Source of the DNA: an uncultured Chloroflexia bacterium
GTDB lineage: Bacteria; Chloroflexota; Limnocylindria; Limnocylindrales; CSP1-4
Assembly: GCA_963778815.1 (NCBI GenBank)
Contig: CAVZVS010000002.1
Span: 344,879 to 408,878, forward strand
DNA: 64,000 nucleotides
Reading direction: 5' to 3'
A model generated the notes under the pieces. That model was not told the DNA's origin and made no database searches. It worked only from the letters and a program-made list of their open reading frames with translations. The translations under genes were made by a program, and so were the position numbers. Shown here one piece after another: positions 40,428 to 50,878 of this stretch; position 1 is the stretch's first letter, and each line of letters starts with the position of its first letter.

Positions 40428-41831
40428 ATGCCGACCGTCGCCGATTCCGTCGCTCAGCTGATCGATCTGCTGGGGGCAAGCGCCCACCTCGACGGAGACC
40501 GCCTGGTCATCGACGACGAGCCGGTCTTTCGCGACCGGACCATCCGCGATCTGGCCTGGACCGCGGCGTTCGCGACCGACGAACAGACCATCGAGGTCGC
40601 CCGCTGGTTGGTTTGGGAGGCGAGCCAGGAGCTTGGCGCACTCTCTGCCAGCATCCAGGACCTGTACCTGGCACGCGCCCGCGGTGAGGTCCACGGATTC
40701 ACCGTCCCGGCCATCAACATCCGGGCTCAGACGTTCGACATGGCCCGGACGATCTATGAAACGGCGGCGTCGGCCGACGTCGGGGCGGTCATCCTCGAGT
40801 TGGCCCGGAGCGAGCAGACCTACACCTTCCAGCGGCCGGTCGACTACGTCACCAGCGTCCTGGCCGGGGCCATCGCGGCGGGCTGGCAGGGGCCTGTCTT
40901 CATCCAGGGCGACCACTACCAGTTCAACGCCGCCAAGTACGCGGCCGACCCGGACAAGATGACCGAGGAGATCCGGGGCGCCTGCCGCCAGGCGATCGCG
41001 GTGGGCTACCTCAACATCGACATCGACAGCTCGACCCTGGTCGACCTGGCCCAGCCCGACGTCGACCTCGAGCAGCGCGAGAATTACGTGCGAGCGGCCG
41101 AACTCACCGCTCTCATCCGTGAACTCGAGCCCGAGGCCGTGACGATCAGCGTCGGTGGCGAGATCGGCGAGGTCGGCAAGCAGAACTCGACCGAGCAGGA
41201 GCTGCGGGCCTATCTCGACGGCTACGCCCGTGAGCTCGACCGGCTCCGGCCCGGGGCGATCGGCATCAGCAAGGTCAGCGTCCAGACGGGGACGAGCCAC
41301 GGCGGCGTCCCCCTGCCGGACGGCTCGATCGCCGAGGTGAAGCTGGACTTCGAGGTCATCCGCCGACTCGGTGAGGTCGCCCGCGAGTACGGCCTGGCCG
41401 GCTGCGTCCAGCATGGCGCGAGCACCCTGCCCGAGGAGCTGTTCCACCACTTCCCGGCGGTCGAGGCGGCCGAGATCCATCTCGCGACGGGCTTCCAGAA
41501 CGCTCTCTTCGAGCACCCGGCCTTCCCGGCCGAAATGCACGCCGCGATCCGCGATTGGTGCTTCGTCAATGCGCTTGACGAGCGCAAGGCCGGCCAGACC
41601 GACGAGCAGTTCGTGTATTCCAGCCGCAAGAAGGCCATCGGCCCATTCAAGCGTGAGCTGTGGGACCTGGCCACCAAGGACGAGATCCTGGCGGCGCAGC
41701 GGCGCAAGATCGCCTTCCTGTTCGCCGAGCTCCAGGTGACCGGGACCCGAGAGACGGTCGGTCGCTACATCCATCCGGTCGCTTCCCACCGGGCCCTGCC
41801 CGAAGCGCTTCGGGTCGTCGCGGCCGGCTGA
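40428..41831 (+). CDS. class II fructose/tagatose-bisphosphate aldolase family protein
   Basis: It is 467 aa. It has FIQGDHYQ, YLNIDIDSST and GVPLPDGS, which match the ketose-bisphosphate aldolase Zn-site pattern. Confidence 0.75.
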   Translation: MPTVADSVAQLIDLLGASAHLDGDRLVIDDEPVFRDRTIRDLAWTAAFATDEQTIEVARWLVWEASQELGALSASIQDLYLARARGEVHGFTVPAINIRAQTFDMARTIYETAASADVGAVILELARSEQTYTFQRPVDYVTSVLAGAIAAGWQGPVFIQGDHYQFNAAKYAADPDKMTEEIRGACRQAIAVGYLNIDIDSSTLVDLAQPDVDLEQRENYVRAAELTALIRELEPEAVTISVGGEIGEVGKQNSTEQELRAYLDGYARELDRLRPGAIGISKVSVQTGTSHGGVPLPDGSIAEVKLDFEVIRRLGEVAREYGLAGCVQHGASTLPEELFHHFPAVEAAEIHLATGFQNALFEHPAFPAEMHAAIRDWCFVNALDERKAGQTDEQFVYSSRKKAIGPFKRELWDLATKDEILAAQRRKIAFLFAELQVTGTRETVGRYIHPVASHRALPEALRVVAAG

Positions 41832-41883
41832 GCTCCGTGCGAAAACGGCGGGCTTGAGGGCTCGCCGACCACGAGATTCGTCG

Positions 41884-41911
41884 TTGACGCGCTAGTCCGC
41901 GGTGCTATCCT
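41884..41911 (+). promoter_or_regulatory. promoter TTGACG-16-TATCCT followed by ~125-nt structured leader
   Basis: ttgacgcgctagtccgcggtgcTATCCT has the same -35/-10 hexamers as the cox promoter at 16330. It lies upstream of the APC permease. Confidence 0.4.
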
Positions 41912-42033
41912 CCGGCCCAAGCTCGGGACGGAAGAGGGAGCCGGCTCGGGCGACCGCTGTGGCCCCGCGTCGTCTCGTCTGTGGTGAGTCTCGCCCACGG
42001 CATCCCCCGGCCGCGTGGCGGTGATCGAGGAGG

Positions 42034-43665
42034 ATGCTCGTGGCCGGTCCTACCAATACCGCCGACCAGGCGGCCCGCGACGATGCCCATCTGCAGTCGC
42101 TGGGGATCAAGCCGGAGCTGAACCGGTCGCTCGGCTTCCTGGCCAACTTCGCCCTGGCCTTCAGCTTCATCAGCGTGTCGACCGGCTCGTTCGGCAACTT
42201 CGGGGTCGGCCTGGGCCTGGGCGGCCCGATGATGTTCTGGACCTGGATCATCATCGTCCTTGGCCAGACCCTGGTCGCCCTGGGCTTCGCCGAGCTGGCC
42301 AGCCACTACCCGGTCGCCGGGTCGATCTACCAGTGGTCCAAGCGTCTGTCCCATCGAACCTTGGGTTGGTTCACCGGCTGGTTCTACTTCTGGGCCCAGG
42401 TGGTCACCGTCACCGCGGTCGCCTGCATCGTGGCCTTCGTGGTCGACGGGGTCATGGGCCAGAAGGACTTCCTGAGCAGCCCGTCGCCGCTCGGCGTCAG
42501 CGACATGTTCACCTTCATCGCGATCACCACCCTGGTCATCACGACCTTCCTCAACGCGTTCGGCGTCCGGTTGGTCGCGACCCTCAACAACATCGGGGTG
42601 GCGACCGAGATCCTGGGCATGCTCGTGTTCGCCCTGATCCTCCTGTTCTTCGCCAACCACCAGTCGCCGTCGGTCCTCTTCGAGACCTTCGGGGCCCAGG
42701 ACGCCAACGGCGGCAACATGGCCGCGACGTTCGCGCTGGGCTTCTTCATGTCGATCTTCATCATGTTCGGGTTCGACACCGCTGGGACCTTCGGCGAGGA
42801 GACGCTCGACCCGGGTCGCCAGGCCCCGCGCGGCGTCCTATCGTCGGTCTGGATCTCGGGCGCCGTCGGCGTCGTCTTCCTGCTGGCGGTGATCCTGTCC
42901 CTGCGCGACATCCCGGCCTCGATGGCCGAAGGCCTGGCCGGTGGCTTCCCGATCGCCACGACCATCACCACCAACCTGTCGACCGAGATCGCCGGGGGCA
43001 TCTCCGTCGGCGAGATCTACCTGTTCGTGATCCTCGCCTCGGTCTTCGTCTGCACTATGGCCATCCAGGGCGCGGCCGCCCGGATGATGTTCTCGATGGG
43101 TCGTGACCGGCACCTCCCGTTCGGCGCCGTGTGGGGCCATGTCAACCCGCGCTTCAAGACCCCGGCCAATGCCTCCGTCGCCGTCGGCGTCCTGGCCGCG
43201 ATCCCGATCCTGCTCGTCGGCCCGATCGGCGGGATCACCCTGTCGATCGCCGCGACCGGCCTGATCTACCTGAGCTACTTCCTGTGCAACATCGGTCTGG
43301 CTCTCGCCCGACGACGTGGCTGGCCGCACCAGAAGGCCTGGTTCAGCCTTGGCCGGTGGGGCATGCCGATCAACATCGCGGCCCTCATCTGGGGCGCCCT
43401 GATGCTGATCAATATCGGCCTTTGGGCGTCGCCCGAACTGTTCGGCGACTTCGGCGGCGCGGGTCGCGGCTACTGGAACCCGTTGATCAACGGCCTGTTC
43501 AAGGTCAACGGCCAGGCTCTTGACGGCCTGCCCGCCTGGCCCGTGTTCGAGACCCTGGTCGGCCTCCTGCTGGTGGTCGGCGCGATCTACTACGTCGTCT
43601 CCGTCCGCGGTCGGGCGGCCGACATCGAGGCCGATCCGGCGACCGGCGAGACGCTCATCGGCTAG
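42034..43665 (+). CDS. APC-superfamily amino-acid/amine permease
   Basis: It has 12 TM helices. The start is ATG 42034 or GTG 42040, the latter with better spacing to GAGGAGG. Confidence 0.85.
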   Translation: MLVAGPTNTADQAARDDAHLQSLGIKPELNRSLGFLANFALAFSFISVSTGSFGNFGVGLGLGGPMMFWTWIIIVLGQTLVALGFAELASHYPVAGSIYQWSKRLSHRTLGWFTGWFYFWAQVVTVTAVACIVAFVVDGVMGQKDFLSSPSPLGVSDMFTFIAITTLVITTFLNAFGVRLVATLNNIGVATEILGMLVFALILLFFANHQSPSVLFETFGAQDANGGNMAATFALGFFMSIFIMFGFDTAGTFGEETLDPGRQAPRGVLSSVWISGAVGVVFLLAVILSLRDIPASMAEGLAGGFPIATTITTNLSTEIAGGISVGEIYLFVILASVFVCTMAIQGAAARMMFSMGRDRHLPFGAVWGHVNPRFKTPANASVAVGVLAAIPILLVGPIGGITLSIAATGLIYLSYFLCNIGLALARRRGWPHQKAWFSLGRWGMPINIAALIWGALMLINIGLWASPELFGDFGGAGRGYWNPLINGLFKVNGQALDGLPAWPVFETLVGLLLVVGAIYYVVSVRGRAADIEADPATGETLIG

Positions 43666-43693
43666 GGTCGAGGTTCAGCACGACGAGGGCTTC

Positions 43694-44650
43694 GTGACCG
43701 ACGGGTCGAGCCGGTCCGACGAGATCCGCGGCGAGCTCCGGAACGAGCTCGTCGCGGCGCTCGGACGTGTGCCCGAGCTGGCCGGTCTGGAGCTTGACCT
43801 GAGCGCCTTGAGCGGCGGCATCACCAACCGCAACTTCCTGGTGGTGGCCGACGGGGTCGCGACCCGCTGGGTGGTCCGCCTGGCCGGCAACGACACCCAT
43901 CTGCTGGGGATCAGCCGAGAGGTCGAGCTGGCCGCGACGATCGCGGCGGCCGGGGTGGGGGTCGGACCCGAGGTGACCGCGTTCATCCGACCCGAGGGCT
44001 ACCTGGTGACCCGATTCATCGAGGGCGCGGCGGTCTCGGACGAGGCGGTCCATCGCCCGGACACCATCGGGCGGGTGGCCGACTCCATCCGACGGGTCCA
44101 CGACGGAGCGGCCATCCCGGGCCTGTTCATCCCGCTCCGGATCGTCGATGCCTACCGCGCGCTGGCCGTCGCGCGGGGGGTCACGATCCCGCTCGAATAC
44201 GAGTTGAGCCGGGCGATCGGGCGCCGGATCGAGCTGGCCCTGCTGTCCAACCCGCTGGACATGCGGCCCTGCCACAACGACCTGCTCAACGCCAACTTCA
44301 TCGACGACGGCAACCGGATCCGGATCGTCGACTGGGAATACGCCGGGATGGGCGACCCGTTCTTCGATCTGGGCAACTTCAGCATCAACCACGAGCTGAC
44401 CCCGGATGAGGATCGGATCCTGCTCGAGGCCTACGACGGCAGCCGGGCCCGGCCCGATCGACTGGCCCGGATCCTCCTGATGCGGGTCGTGTCGGATTTC
44501 CGCGAGGCGATGTGGGGGGTCCTCCAGCAGGGGATCAGCACGCTCGACGTGGACTTCGTGGCCTACGCCGACGAGCACTTCGAACGGCTCCTGTCCGGTG
44601 CCTCGACGCCGACCTTCGAGCGGGCCTTGCGTGAGGTCGCGGGGGACTAG
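43694..44650 (+). CDS. phosphotransferase (APH / choline-ethanolamine kinase family)
   Basis: GTG at 43694 lies in the frame of ORF 43520..44650. It has the Brenner motif PCHNDLLNANFI and IVDWEYAG. Confidence 0.75.
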   Translation: MTDGSSRSDEIRGELRNELVAALGRVPELAGLELDLSALSGGITNRNFLVVADGVATRWVVRLAGNDTHLLGISREVELAATIAAAGVGVGPEVTAFIRPEGYLVTRFIEGAAVSDEAVHRPDTIGRVADSIRRVHDGAAIPGLFIPLRIVDAYRALAVARGVTIPLEYELSRAIGRRIELALLSNPLDMRPCHNDLLNANFIDDGNRIRIVDWEYAGMGDPFFDLGNFSINHELTPDEDRILLEAYDGSRARPDRLARILLMRVVSDFREAMWGVLQQGISTLDVDFVAYADEHFERLLSGASTPTFERALREVAGD

Positions 44651-45432
44651 CGGGCCTCGTCCACGTCGGTCCACCACTTGCGCCGGTCGCCGACCCGGGC
44701 CCGCATCCGCCAGCCGGTCGGTTTGGGCTCTTCGTCGATCCGGCGTTTGAACCCGCTGACGGCCTGGGCGACCTTGGTCCGCTGATCGGGTTCGAAAGGC
44801 GCCAGGTACGCTGCGACGGCCAAGACCTTTTCGAGGTTCAGGCTGACCGTTCGCCACAGGCCCCAATCCTGGGCGCACAGGGCCGCGGCTCGGTCCTGGT
44901 CGATCGCCCCCGGATCGCTCGTTCCGAGCGGTCGCTCGAGCAGGAGGGCGATCGCATCGAGCAGATCGCGCTGGTTGATCTTGACGATCTGGAGTTTGGA
45001 CAGGAGCAGTTCGGCCAGTGGGATGGTCGGCCGATCTGTCTCCAGTCGTCCGGCCAGCGGGATGACGTGGCAGAACTCGAGCCGGTCGAAGAAGACATCG
45101 ATGTGGAAGCGCCGGTCAGGTCGGTCGAAGATCGCCCGGCGACCCTCAGAGGCGATCGAGATCTCGCGGTCCTCGAGGTAGCCGAGCTCGGTCAGGACCC
45201 GGCCGACGGCCCGCGAGTCGCGTCGATAGGCCGCCAGATCGAGGTCACCGTACGTTCGCCCACCATCGGATAGGAGGGCCGTCGCGGCCGGTGCCTGGAG
45301 GGCGACCCCGATCGAGCCCAGGACCCGGACCGTCACTACTGCGGCATCGGCCGCCACCAGGATCCTGGCGAGCTCGGCCTCGACTGCAGGCAGTCCGCCG
45401 AGGGACACAGATGGTTCGGGCGCGAGCGTCAT
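44647..45432 (-). CDS. nucleotidyltransferase-fold protein
   Basis: ATG at 45432 (MTLAPEPSVSLGG). It has LGSIGVAL...YGDLDLAAY, a GS-x(n)-DxD nucleotidyltransferase motif. Confidence 0.5.
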   Translation of the reverse strand: MTLAPEPSVSLGGLPAVEAELARILVAADAAVVTVRVLGSIGVALQAPAATALLSDGGRTYGDLDLAAYRRDSRAVGRVLTELGYLEDREISIASEGRRAIFDRPDRRFHIDVFFDRLEFCHVIPLAGRLETDRPTIPLAELLLSKLQIVKINQRDLLDAIALLLERPLGTSDPGAIDQDRAAALCAQDWGLWRTVSLNLEKVLAVAAYLAPFEPDQRTKVAQAVSGFKRRIDEEPKPTGWRMRARVGDRRKWWTDVDEAR

Positions 45433-45592
45433 CGGGACCTCGACCAGCCCGGATCGGTGACGGGCGTCGCCCGATTGTAGGGTCGCCGGTCGACTCCCGG
45501 CGCGACAAGCCCGACGGGCGCGCCGGCGCCTTGAACGCCAGACCCTCCAGGACGTACCGTTCACGGGACAGTCCAGGTCGGCAGGAGGGTCG

Positions 45593-48028
45593 GTGGACCA
45601 GGCGCGGGTGGTCGTGATCGGTGGCGGGATCACCGGTTGCAGCGTCGCCTACCACCTGGCCGAGGCGGGCTGGACGGACGTCCTCCTGGTCGAAAAGGCG
45701 CAGCTCACCGCCGGCTCGACCTGCCACGCCGCGGGGCTGGTCACCGTCTTCAACCCGTCCGCCACGATGATGCGGTTCCGGAGCTACAGCGTCGAGCTGT
45801 ATGAGCGTCTGGGCGCCTTCGAGCGATCAGGCAGCCTGCGCCTGGCGTCGAGCCCGGACCAGCTCCGCGAGCTCGAACGCGCCGCCAGCCGGGCCCGCGG
45901 GATCGGCCTCGAGGCGGAGGTCGTGTCGGCGGCCGAAGCGCTCCGCCGGATGCCGGCGATCAGCCCGAACGACCTGTATGGCGCCGTCTACCTGGCCCAG
46001 GACGGCTATCTCGATCCGCACACGGCGACCCACGCCCTGGCCGACGCCGCGCGGGCCCTCGGCGTTCGGATCCGGACGGGGGTCCGGGTGACCGGTTTCG
46101 AGCTGTCGGACCGCCGGGCGATCACGACCGTTCTGACCGATCACGGTCCGATCGCCACCGAGCTGGTGGTCGATGCCGCCGGGATCTGGGCTCCCCAGGT
46201 CGCGGCCATGGTCGGCGCCTTCATCCCGTCGACGCCGGTCGACCACCAGCACATCGCCCTGCGCGCGGTGCCCGGCTCCGAGTTGCCCCGGGACATGCCC
46301 TGCTTCCGCGATCCGGACAACCTGGTCTACGGCAAGAGCGAGCAGGGCGGGATGATGTTCGGCGGCTACGAAGCCGATCCGGCGGCTCGCTGGATCGACG
46401 GCGTCCCGTGGGACCACGCGGCGACCTCGTTGCCGCCCGACTACGACCGGTTCGAGCCGTTGATGGCCGGCGCCGTCCGGCGCTTCCCGTTCCTGGCCGA
46501 TGCCGAGGTCATCCGACTGGTCTGCCACCCGGATGCGATGACCCCGGACGCCAATCCGCTGCTCGGTCCGCTGCCGGGACTCCACGGGTTCTGGGTGGCT
46601 GCCGGTCTGTCGCTCAACGGCTTCGGCGGTGGCGGTGGCATCGGCCGGGCGTTGGCCGGCTGGATCACGGCCGACGACCCCGGCGTCGACATCGGACCGT
46701 ACCGCGCCTGGCGCTTCGGCGAGGTTTATCGCGACCCGACCTGGTCGGCCGGCCTGGCCCGGGAGACCTACTCCGACTACTACCGGCTGCGCTATCCCTA
46801 CGACGCCGACGAGGCCGGCCGGCCGCATCGCCTGTCACCCGTGCACGGCCGCCTCCAGGACGCCGGGGCAGTCTTCGTGGCCAAGGCTGGCTGGGAACGG
46901 GCCGACTTCCATCGACCCGGTCTGCCCTGGCGCCGGGCGGGGCGTGACCAGCGTGCCTATGGCTGGACCCGACCGCCCTGGTTCGAGCGGGTGGCCGAGG
47001 AGCACCGGGCGGTCCGCGAGCGGGTCGGGCTGATCGACCTGAGCTCGTTCGGCAAGATCGGTCTCAGCGGGCCGGGTGCGCTCGGTCTGCTCCAACGGGT
47101 CTGTGCCAACGATGTCGATCGGCCGGTCGGGAGCGTGGTCTACGGTCAGTTCCTCGACCCACGCGGCGGGATCCTGGCCGACGTGACCGTCACCCGGCTG
47201 GGACCGGATGCGTTCCGGGTCGTGACCGGGGCGGGCTCGGTCGGGGCCGAGCTGGGCTGGTTGGAGGCGAACCGCCGCGATGGCGACGCGCCGCTGACCA
47301 TCCGCGACGAGAGTGCCGCCTGGGCCTGGCTCGGATTGTGGGGACCGGCCGCGCGCACGGTCCTGGCCAGGATCACGGCCGACCCGGTCGATGACGACGC
47401 CCTGCCGGTGCGTCGTGCGGTCCCCGTCGGGATCGGCCCGGCCCCGACCGTCGCGTCCCGGATCAGCTATGCCGGTGAGCTCGGCTGGGAGATCGCCGTC
47501 GAGCCGGCTTGGGCGGGCACCGTCTGGGATCGGATCCTCGACGCCGGCCGTGATCTCGGGCTCGAGCCGTTCGGCTATCGGGCGCTCGAAGGGCTACGGC
47601 TGGAGAAGGGCTACCGCTACCTCGGGACCGACCTGACCATGCTCGATACGCCCGACGAGGCGGGCCTGGGCGCGTTCGTCCGACCGGGCAAGGGTCCGTT
47701 CGTGGGCCGCGACGCGGTCGTCGCCCGGCGGGCGGAGGAGCAGGGGTCGGGCGGGCCTGAGCGGCGCCTGCGGACCGTCCTCGTGGGCGGGGTCGACTAT
47801 CAGCCGGTCTTCGGCGGCGAGGCGGTCCGGCTCGATGGGGTCGTCGTCGGGCGGTTGCGCAGCGCGGCCTACGGTCACACCGTGTCGCGCACGGTCGGGA
47901 CCGTGTACCTTCCTTCCACGACCCCGGAGGGTGCCGAGCTCGAGGTGGACGTGTTCGACGAGCGGGTCCCGGCGATCGTCGCCGCCGACGTGCTCCACGA
48001 CCCCACCGGGACCCGGTTGCGGGGCTGA
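45593..48028 (+). CDS. dimethylglycine/sarcosine dehydrogenase-like FAD oxidoreductase fused to GcvT aminomethyltransferase domain, paralog 1
   Basis: GTG at 45593 follows AGGAGGG. It has the FAD motif VVVIGGGITGCSVAYHLA and the GcvT folate-binding C-terminus (YAGELGWEIAV, RLEKGY). It is intact at 811 aa. Confidence 0.85.
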   Translation: MDQARVVVIGGGITGCSVAYHLAEAGWTDVLLVEKAQLTAGSTCHAAGLVTVFNPSATMMRFRSYSVELYERLGAFERSGSLRLASSPDQLRELERAASRARGIGLEAEVVSAAEALRRMPAISPNDLYGAVYLAQDGYLDPHTATHALADAARALGVRIRTGVRVTGFELSDRRAITTVLTDHGPIATELVVDAAGIWAPQVAAMVGAFIPSTPVDHQHIALRAVPGSELPRDMPCFRDPDNLVYGKSEQGGMMFGGYEADPAARWIDGVPWDHAATSLPPDYDRFEPLMAGAVRRFPFLADAEVIRLVCHPDAMTPDANPLLGPLPGLHGFWVAAGLSLNGFGGGGGIGRALAGWITADDPGVDIGPYRAWRFGEVYRDPTWSAGLARETYSDYYRLRYPYDADEAGRPHRLSPVHGRLQDAGAVFVAKAGWERADFHRPGLPWRRAGRDQRAYGWTRPPWFERVAEEHRAVRERVGLIDLSSFGKIGLSGPGALGLLQRVCANDVDRPVGSVVYGQFLDPRGGILADVTVTRLGPDAFRVVTGAGSVGAELGWLEANRRDGDAPLTIRDESAAWAWLGLWGPAARTVLARITADPVDDDALPVRRAVPVGIGPAPTVASRISYAGELGWEIAVEPAWAGTVWDRILDAGRDLGLEPFGYRALEGLRLEKGYRYLGTDLTMLDTPDEAGLGAFVRPGKGPFVGRDAVVARRAEEQGSGGPERRLRTVLVGGVDYQPVFGGEAVRLDGVVVGRLRSAAYGHTVSRTVGTVYLPSTTPEGAELEVDVFDERVPAIVAADVLHDPTGTRLRG

Positions 48029-48034
48029 GGCGAG

Positions 48035-49030
48035 ATGCGCTTCCTGGGACGCGGCGGTCGGCGGCAGGGGACCCGGATCTTCTATGCCACCGACGTCCAT
48101 GGCTCCGAGCGGACCTGGCGCAAGTTCCTCAACGCCGGGGCGTTCTACGAGGCAGACGTCCTGGTCATGGGCGGGGACGTGATGGGCAAGCTGACCATCC
48201 CCATCATCCGCGAGGGGAACGGTCGTCACCGGGCCACCATCCACGGCCGGGTCGAGCATGTCGAGACGGCTGCCGAAGCCGACGTCCTGCGTCAGCGGAT
48301 CGGCGATCTCGGGTTCTATCACACGACCCTTGACGAGGACGAATACCGGGGCATCCGGGACGACCCCGACGCCGTCGAGGGGCTGTTCGTCGAGCTTGCC
48401 ACCGAGCGGCTGGCGCGCTGGATCGAGCTGGCCGAGACGAAACTCGCCGGGACCGGCATCCGCTGCTACGCGACCGGCGGCAACGACGACCTGACCGAGG
48501 TCATGGCCACCATGGACCGCTCCGACACCCAGTCCTTCGTCGCCTGCGAGGACCGGGCGGTGGCCATCGACGACCGCCACATCATGGTCAGCATGCCCTA
48601 CGTCAACCCGACCCCATGGCAGACGCCGCGGGAGGCGACCGAGGAGGACCTGGCGGTCCGCATCGCCAGGGTCTCGGCCGACCTGCCCGACTACGCCCAC
48701 GCCATCTTCAACTTCCACGCTCCACCTCGGGACTCGACCCTCGACACCTGTCCCCAGCTCGACTGGACGACCGATCCACCCGCTCAGATCGTCAGCGGCG
48801 GTCAGCCGATCCTGTACGGCGCTGGCAGCGAGTCGGTCCGGTCAGCCATCGAGCGCGATCAGCCCATGCTCGGATTGCATGGGCATATCCACGAGTCCCA
48901 GGCGGCCGCCAGGCTGGGGCGGACGCTCTGTATCAATCCCGGCAGCGAGTACGGCGAAGGGGTCCTGCGGGGCTGCCTGATCCGGGTCGTCGACGGGTCC
49001 GTCGAGAGCTACCAGATGACCGCGGGCTGA
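48035..49030 (+). CDS. calcineurin-like metallophosphoesterase
   Basis: It has FYATDVHGS, GGDVMGK, GGNDD and GLHGHIHES motifs. Confidence 0.75.
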   Translation: MRFLGRGGRRQGTRIFYATDVHGSERTWRKFLNAGAFYEADVLVMGGDVMGKLTIPIIREGNGRHRATIHGRVEHVETAAEADVLRQRIGDLGFYHTTLDEDEYRGIRDDPDAVEGLFVELATERLARWIELAETKLAGTGIRCYATGGNDDLTEVMATMDRSDTQSFVACEDRAVAIDDRHIMVSMPYVNPTPWQTPREATEEDLAVRIARVSADLPDYAHAIFNFHAPPRDSTLDTCPQLDWTTDPPAQIVSGGQPILYGAGSESVRSAIERDQPMLGLHGHIHESQAAARLGRTLCINPGSEYGEGVLRGCLIRVVDGSVESYQMTAG

Positions 49031-49157
49031 GGGAGCCGCGGCAAGCGAGGGAGGTGCCATCGGAGGTCCGTCCAGGGTCCGGCGGTCGTCGTCGACCGCG
49101 GGCATTCGAGCCGTGCCCCATTTCCGGCTCGGTTCATCTCGGCATGAGGTGACACGG

Positions 49158-50810
49158 ATGGCGACTGCGACAGCGACACCGGAGGTCTTCGTCAGGAGAT
49201 CGTCGGGCCTGGTACGGGTGATGTCCCCGTCCTCGGCGTTCATCTACAACATCCTGACCATGGGTCTCATCTTCCCGTGGGTCTACCTGTGGGCCCCGGG
49301 AGCCCTGCCGGGCGGCCAGCTCGTGTGGGGGATCCTGCTGGCGATGGTCCTCGAGATCCCCATCGCCCTGGCCTATGTCTGGCTATCGACCGCCCTGCCC
49401 CGGTCGGGCGGCGACTACGTCTTCCAGAGCCGGGTGCTCGGCGGCGGGATCGCCTTCACCCTGGTCATGTCCGGGTTCGTGATCTGGATCCTGCAGTGGG
49501 TGGCCCTGTCGGGCTGGCTGCTGTCCTACCTTGGGTTCGCGGCACTCTTCCTGGGGCTCGGTGCGACCCTGGGCAACGCGACCTTCATCGACTGGGCGGG
49601 TTGGTTCGCCTCGGCCGACGGGATCATCGTGGTCAGCATCCTCAACGCGGCGCTGGCCCTGGTCATCCTGACCACCGGGTTCAAGAACTACGTCCGGCTC
49701 CAGCGGGTGATGTGGGGTGGCACCCTCGTCGCCTTCGCGACGATGCTGGTGGTCCTCTTCCTGGCCTCGGCAACGAGCGTGCCCGGCCAGCTCAACTCCT
49801 TCTCCTCGGCCATCGGCGGTGCGCCCGACTTCTACGAGAAGGCCGTGGCCGCGACAAAGGCTGCCGGGATCGACCTCAACCCGCCGTTCAGCCTGCTGGC
49901 GACGTTGCTCATCGCACCGATCGCCTGGACCTCGCTCCAGTGGGCGACCTACAGCTCGCAGCAGAACGGAGAGATCAAGGAGGCCAAGTCCTTCCGCAGC
50001 CAGTCGTTCATCATCATCGGGGCGCTGATCGTGACCGGGCTGCTGCTGGCTCTGCTGGCCTACGTCCTCGAGCGCGCGGTCGGGACCGAGTTCCTGTACG
50101 TGGCCGGGGCGGGCTACTGGTCGCTGATCTCCGAGGCGACCTTCAACGGGATCTATCTCTGGCCGAACATCCTGGCGATGGCCATCGCGGGGACACCGCT
50201 GGTGGTCCTGTTGATCTCGTTCGGGTTCATCATGAACTCGCACCAGATCGTCCACAACTGCTACATCGGGATGACCCGGATCATGGTCGCGATGTCGCTC
50301 GACCGGGTCCTGCCCGAGTGGTTCAGCCGGGTGAGCGAGCGGTTCCACACGCCGGTCAACGCCCATGTCGCGTACTTCCTGGCCAGCATCCCGGTCATCG
50401 TCCTGTACAACAAGTTCGCCTACGCCCAGGGCGACGGCTCGACGACCTGGGCCTCGCTGACCCTGGGCGTCACCTTTGCCTGCGGCTACGTCTTCGTGGC
50501 GACCGCCCTGGCCGGCGCCCTCCTGCCGTTCCGGGCCAAGGCGCTGTATGAGGCGTCACCCGGATCGGCCTACAAGATCGGCGGCTTCCCGCTGGTGACC
50601 GTGGTCGGCATCATCGGGTTCATCGCCGGCGTCCTGTTCGAGGCCCTGTTCATCTTCAACACCCAACTGGGTCTGACCAGCGACCTCGCCCACAACGTGG
50701 TCCTGTTCATCCTGGTCCTGTCGGCTGTCTGGTACCTGGCAGCCAAGTTCTACCGTCGATCGAGCGGGATCCGGGTCGAGTACGCCTTCCGGGAGATCCC
50801 ACCCGAGTGA
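49158..50810 (+). CDS. APC-superfamily permease (paralogous transporter module)
   Basis: ATG at 49158 (MATATATPEVFVRRSSG) lies 8 nt after GAGGTG. It has 12-13 TM helices. Confidence 0.85.
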   Translation: MATATATPEVFVRRSSGLVRVMSPSSAFIYNILTMGLIFPWVYLWAPGALPGGQLVWGILLAMVLEIPIALAYVWLSTALPRSGGDYVFQSRVLGGGIAFTLVMSGFVIWILQWVALSGWLLSYLGFAALFLGLGATLGNATFIDWAGWFASADGIIVVSILNAALALVILTTGFKNYVRLQRVMWGGTLVAFATMLVVLFLASATSVPGQLNSFSSAIGGAPDFYEKAVAATKAAGIDLNPPFSLLATLLIAPIAWTSLQWATYSSQQNGEIKEAKSFRSQSFIIIGALIVTGLLLALLAYVLERAVGTEFLYVAGAGYWSLISEATFNGIYLWPNILAMAIAGTPLVVLLISFGFIMNSHQIVHNCYIGMTRIMVAMSLDRVLPEWFSRVSERFHTPVNAHVAYFLASIPVIVLYNKFAYAQGDGSTTWASLTLGVTFACGYVFVATALAGALLPFRAKALYEASPGSAYKIGGFPLVTVVGIIGFIAGVLFEALFIFNTQLGLTSDLAHNVVLFILVLSAVWYLAAKFYRRSSGIRVEYAFREIPPE

Positions 50811-50878
50811 CCCCGGGGCCGAGGGGCTCCCCAGCGACCGCCAACACGACGACCCGGGACATCCACCCGGGTCGTCGG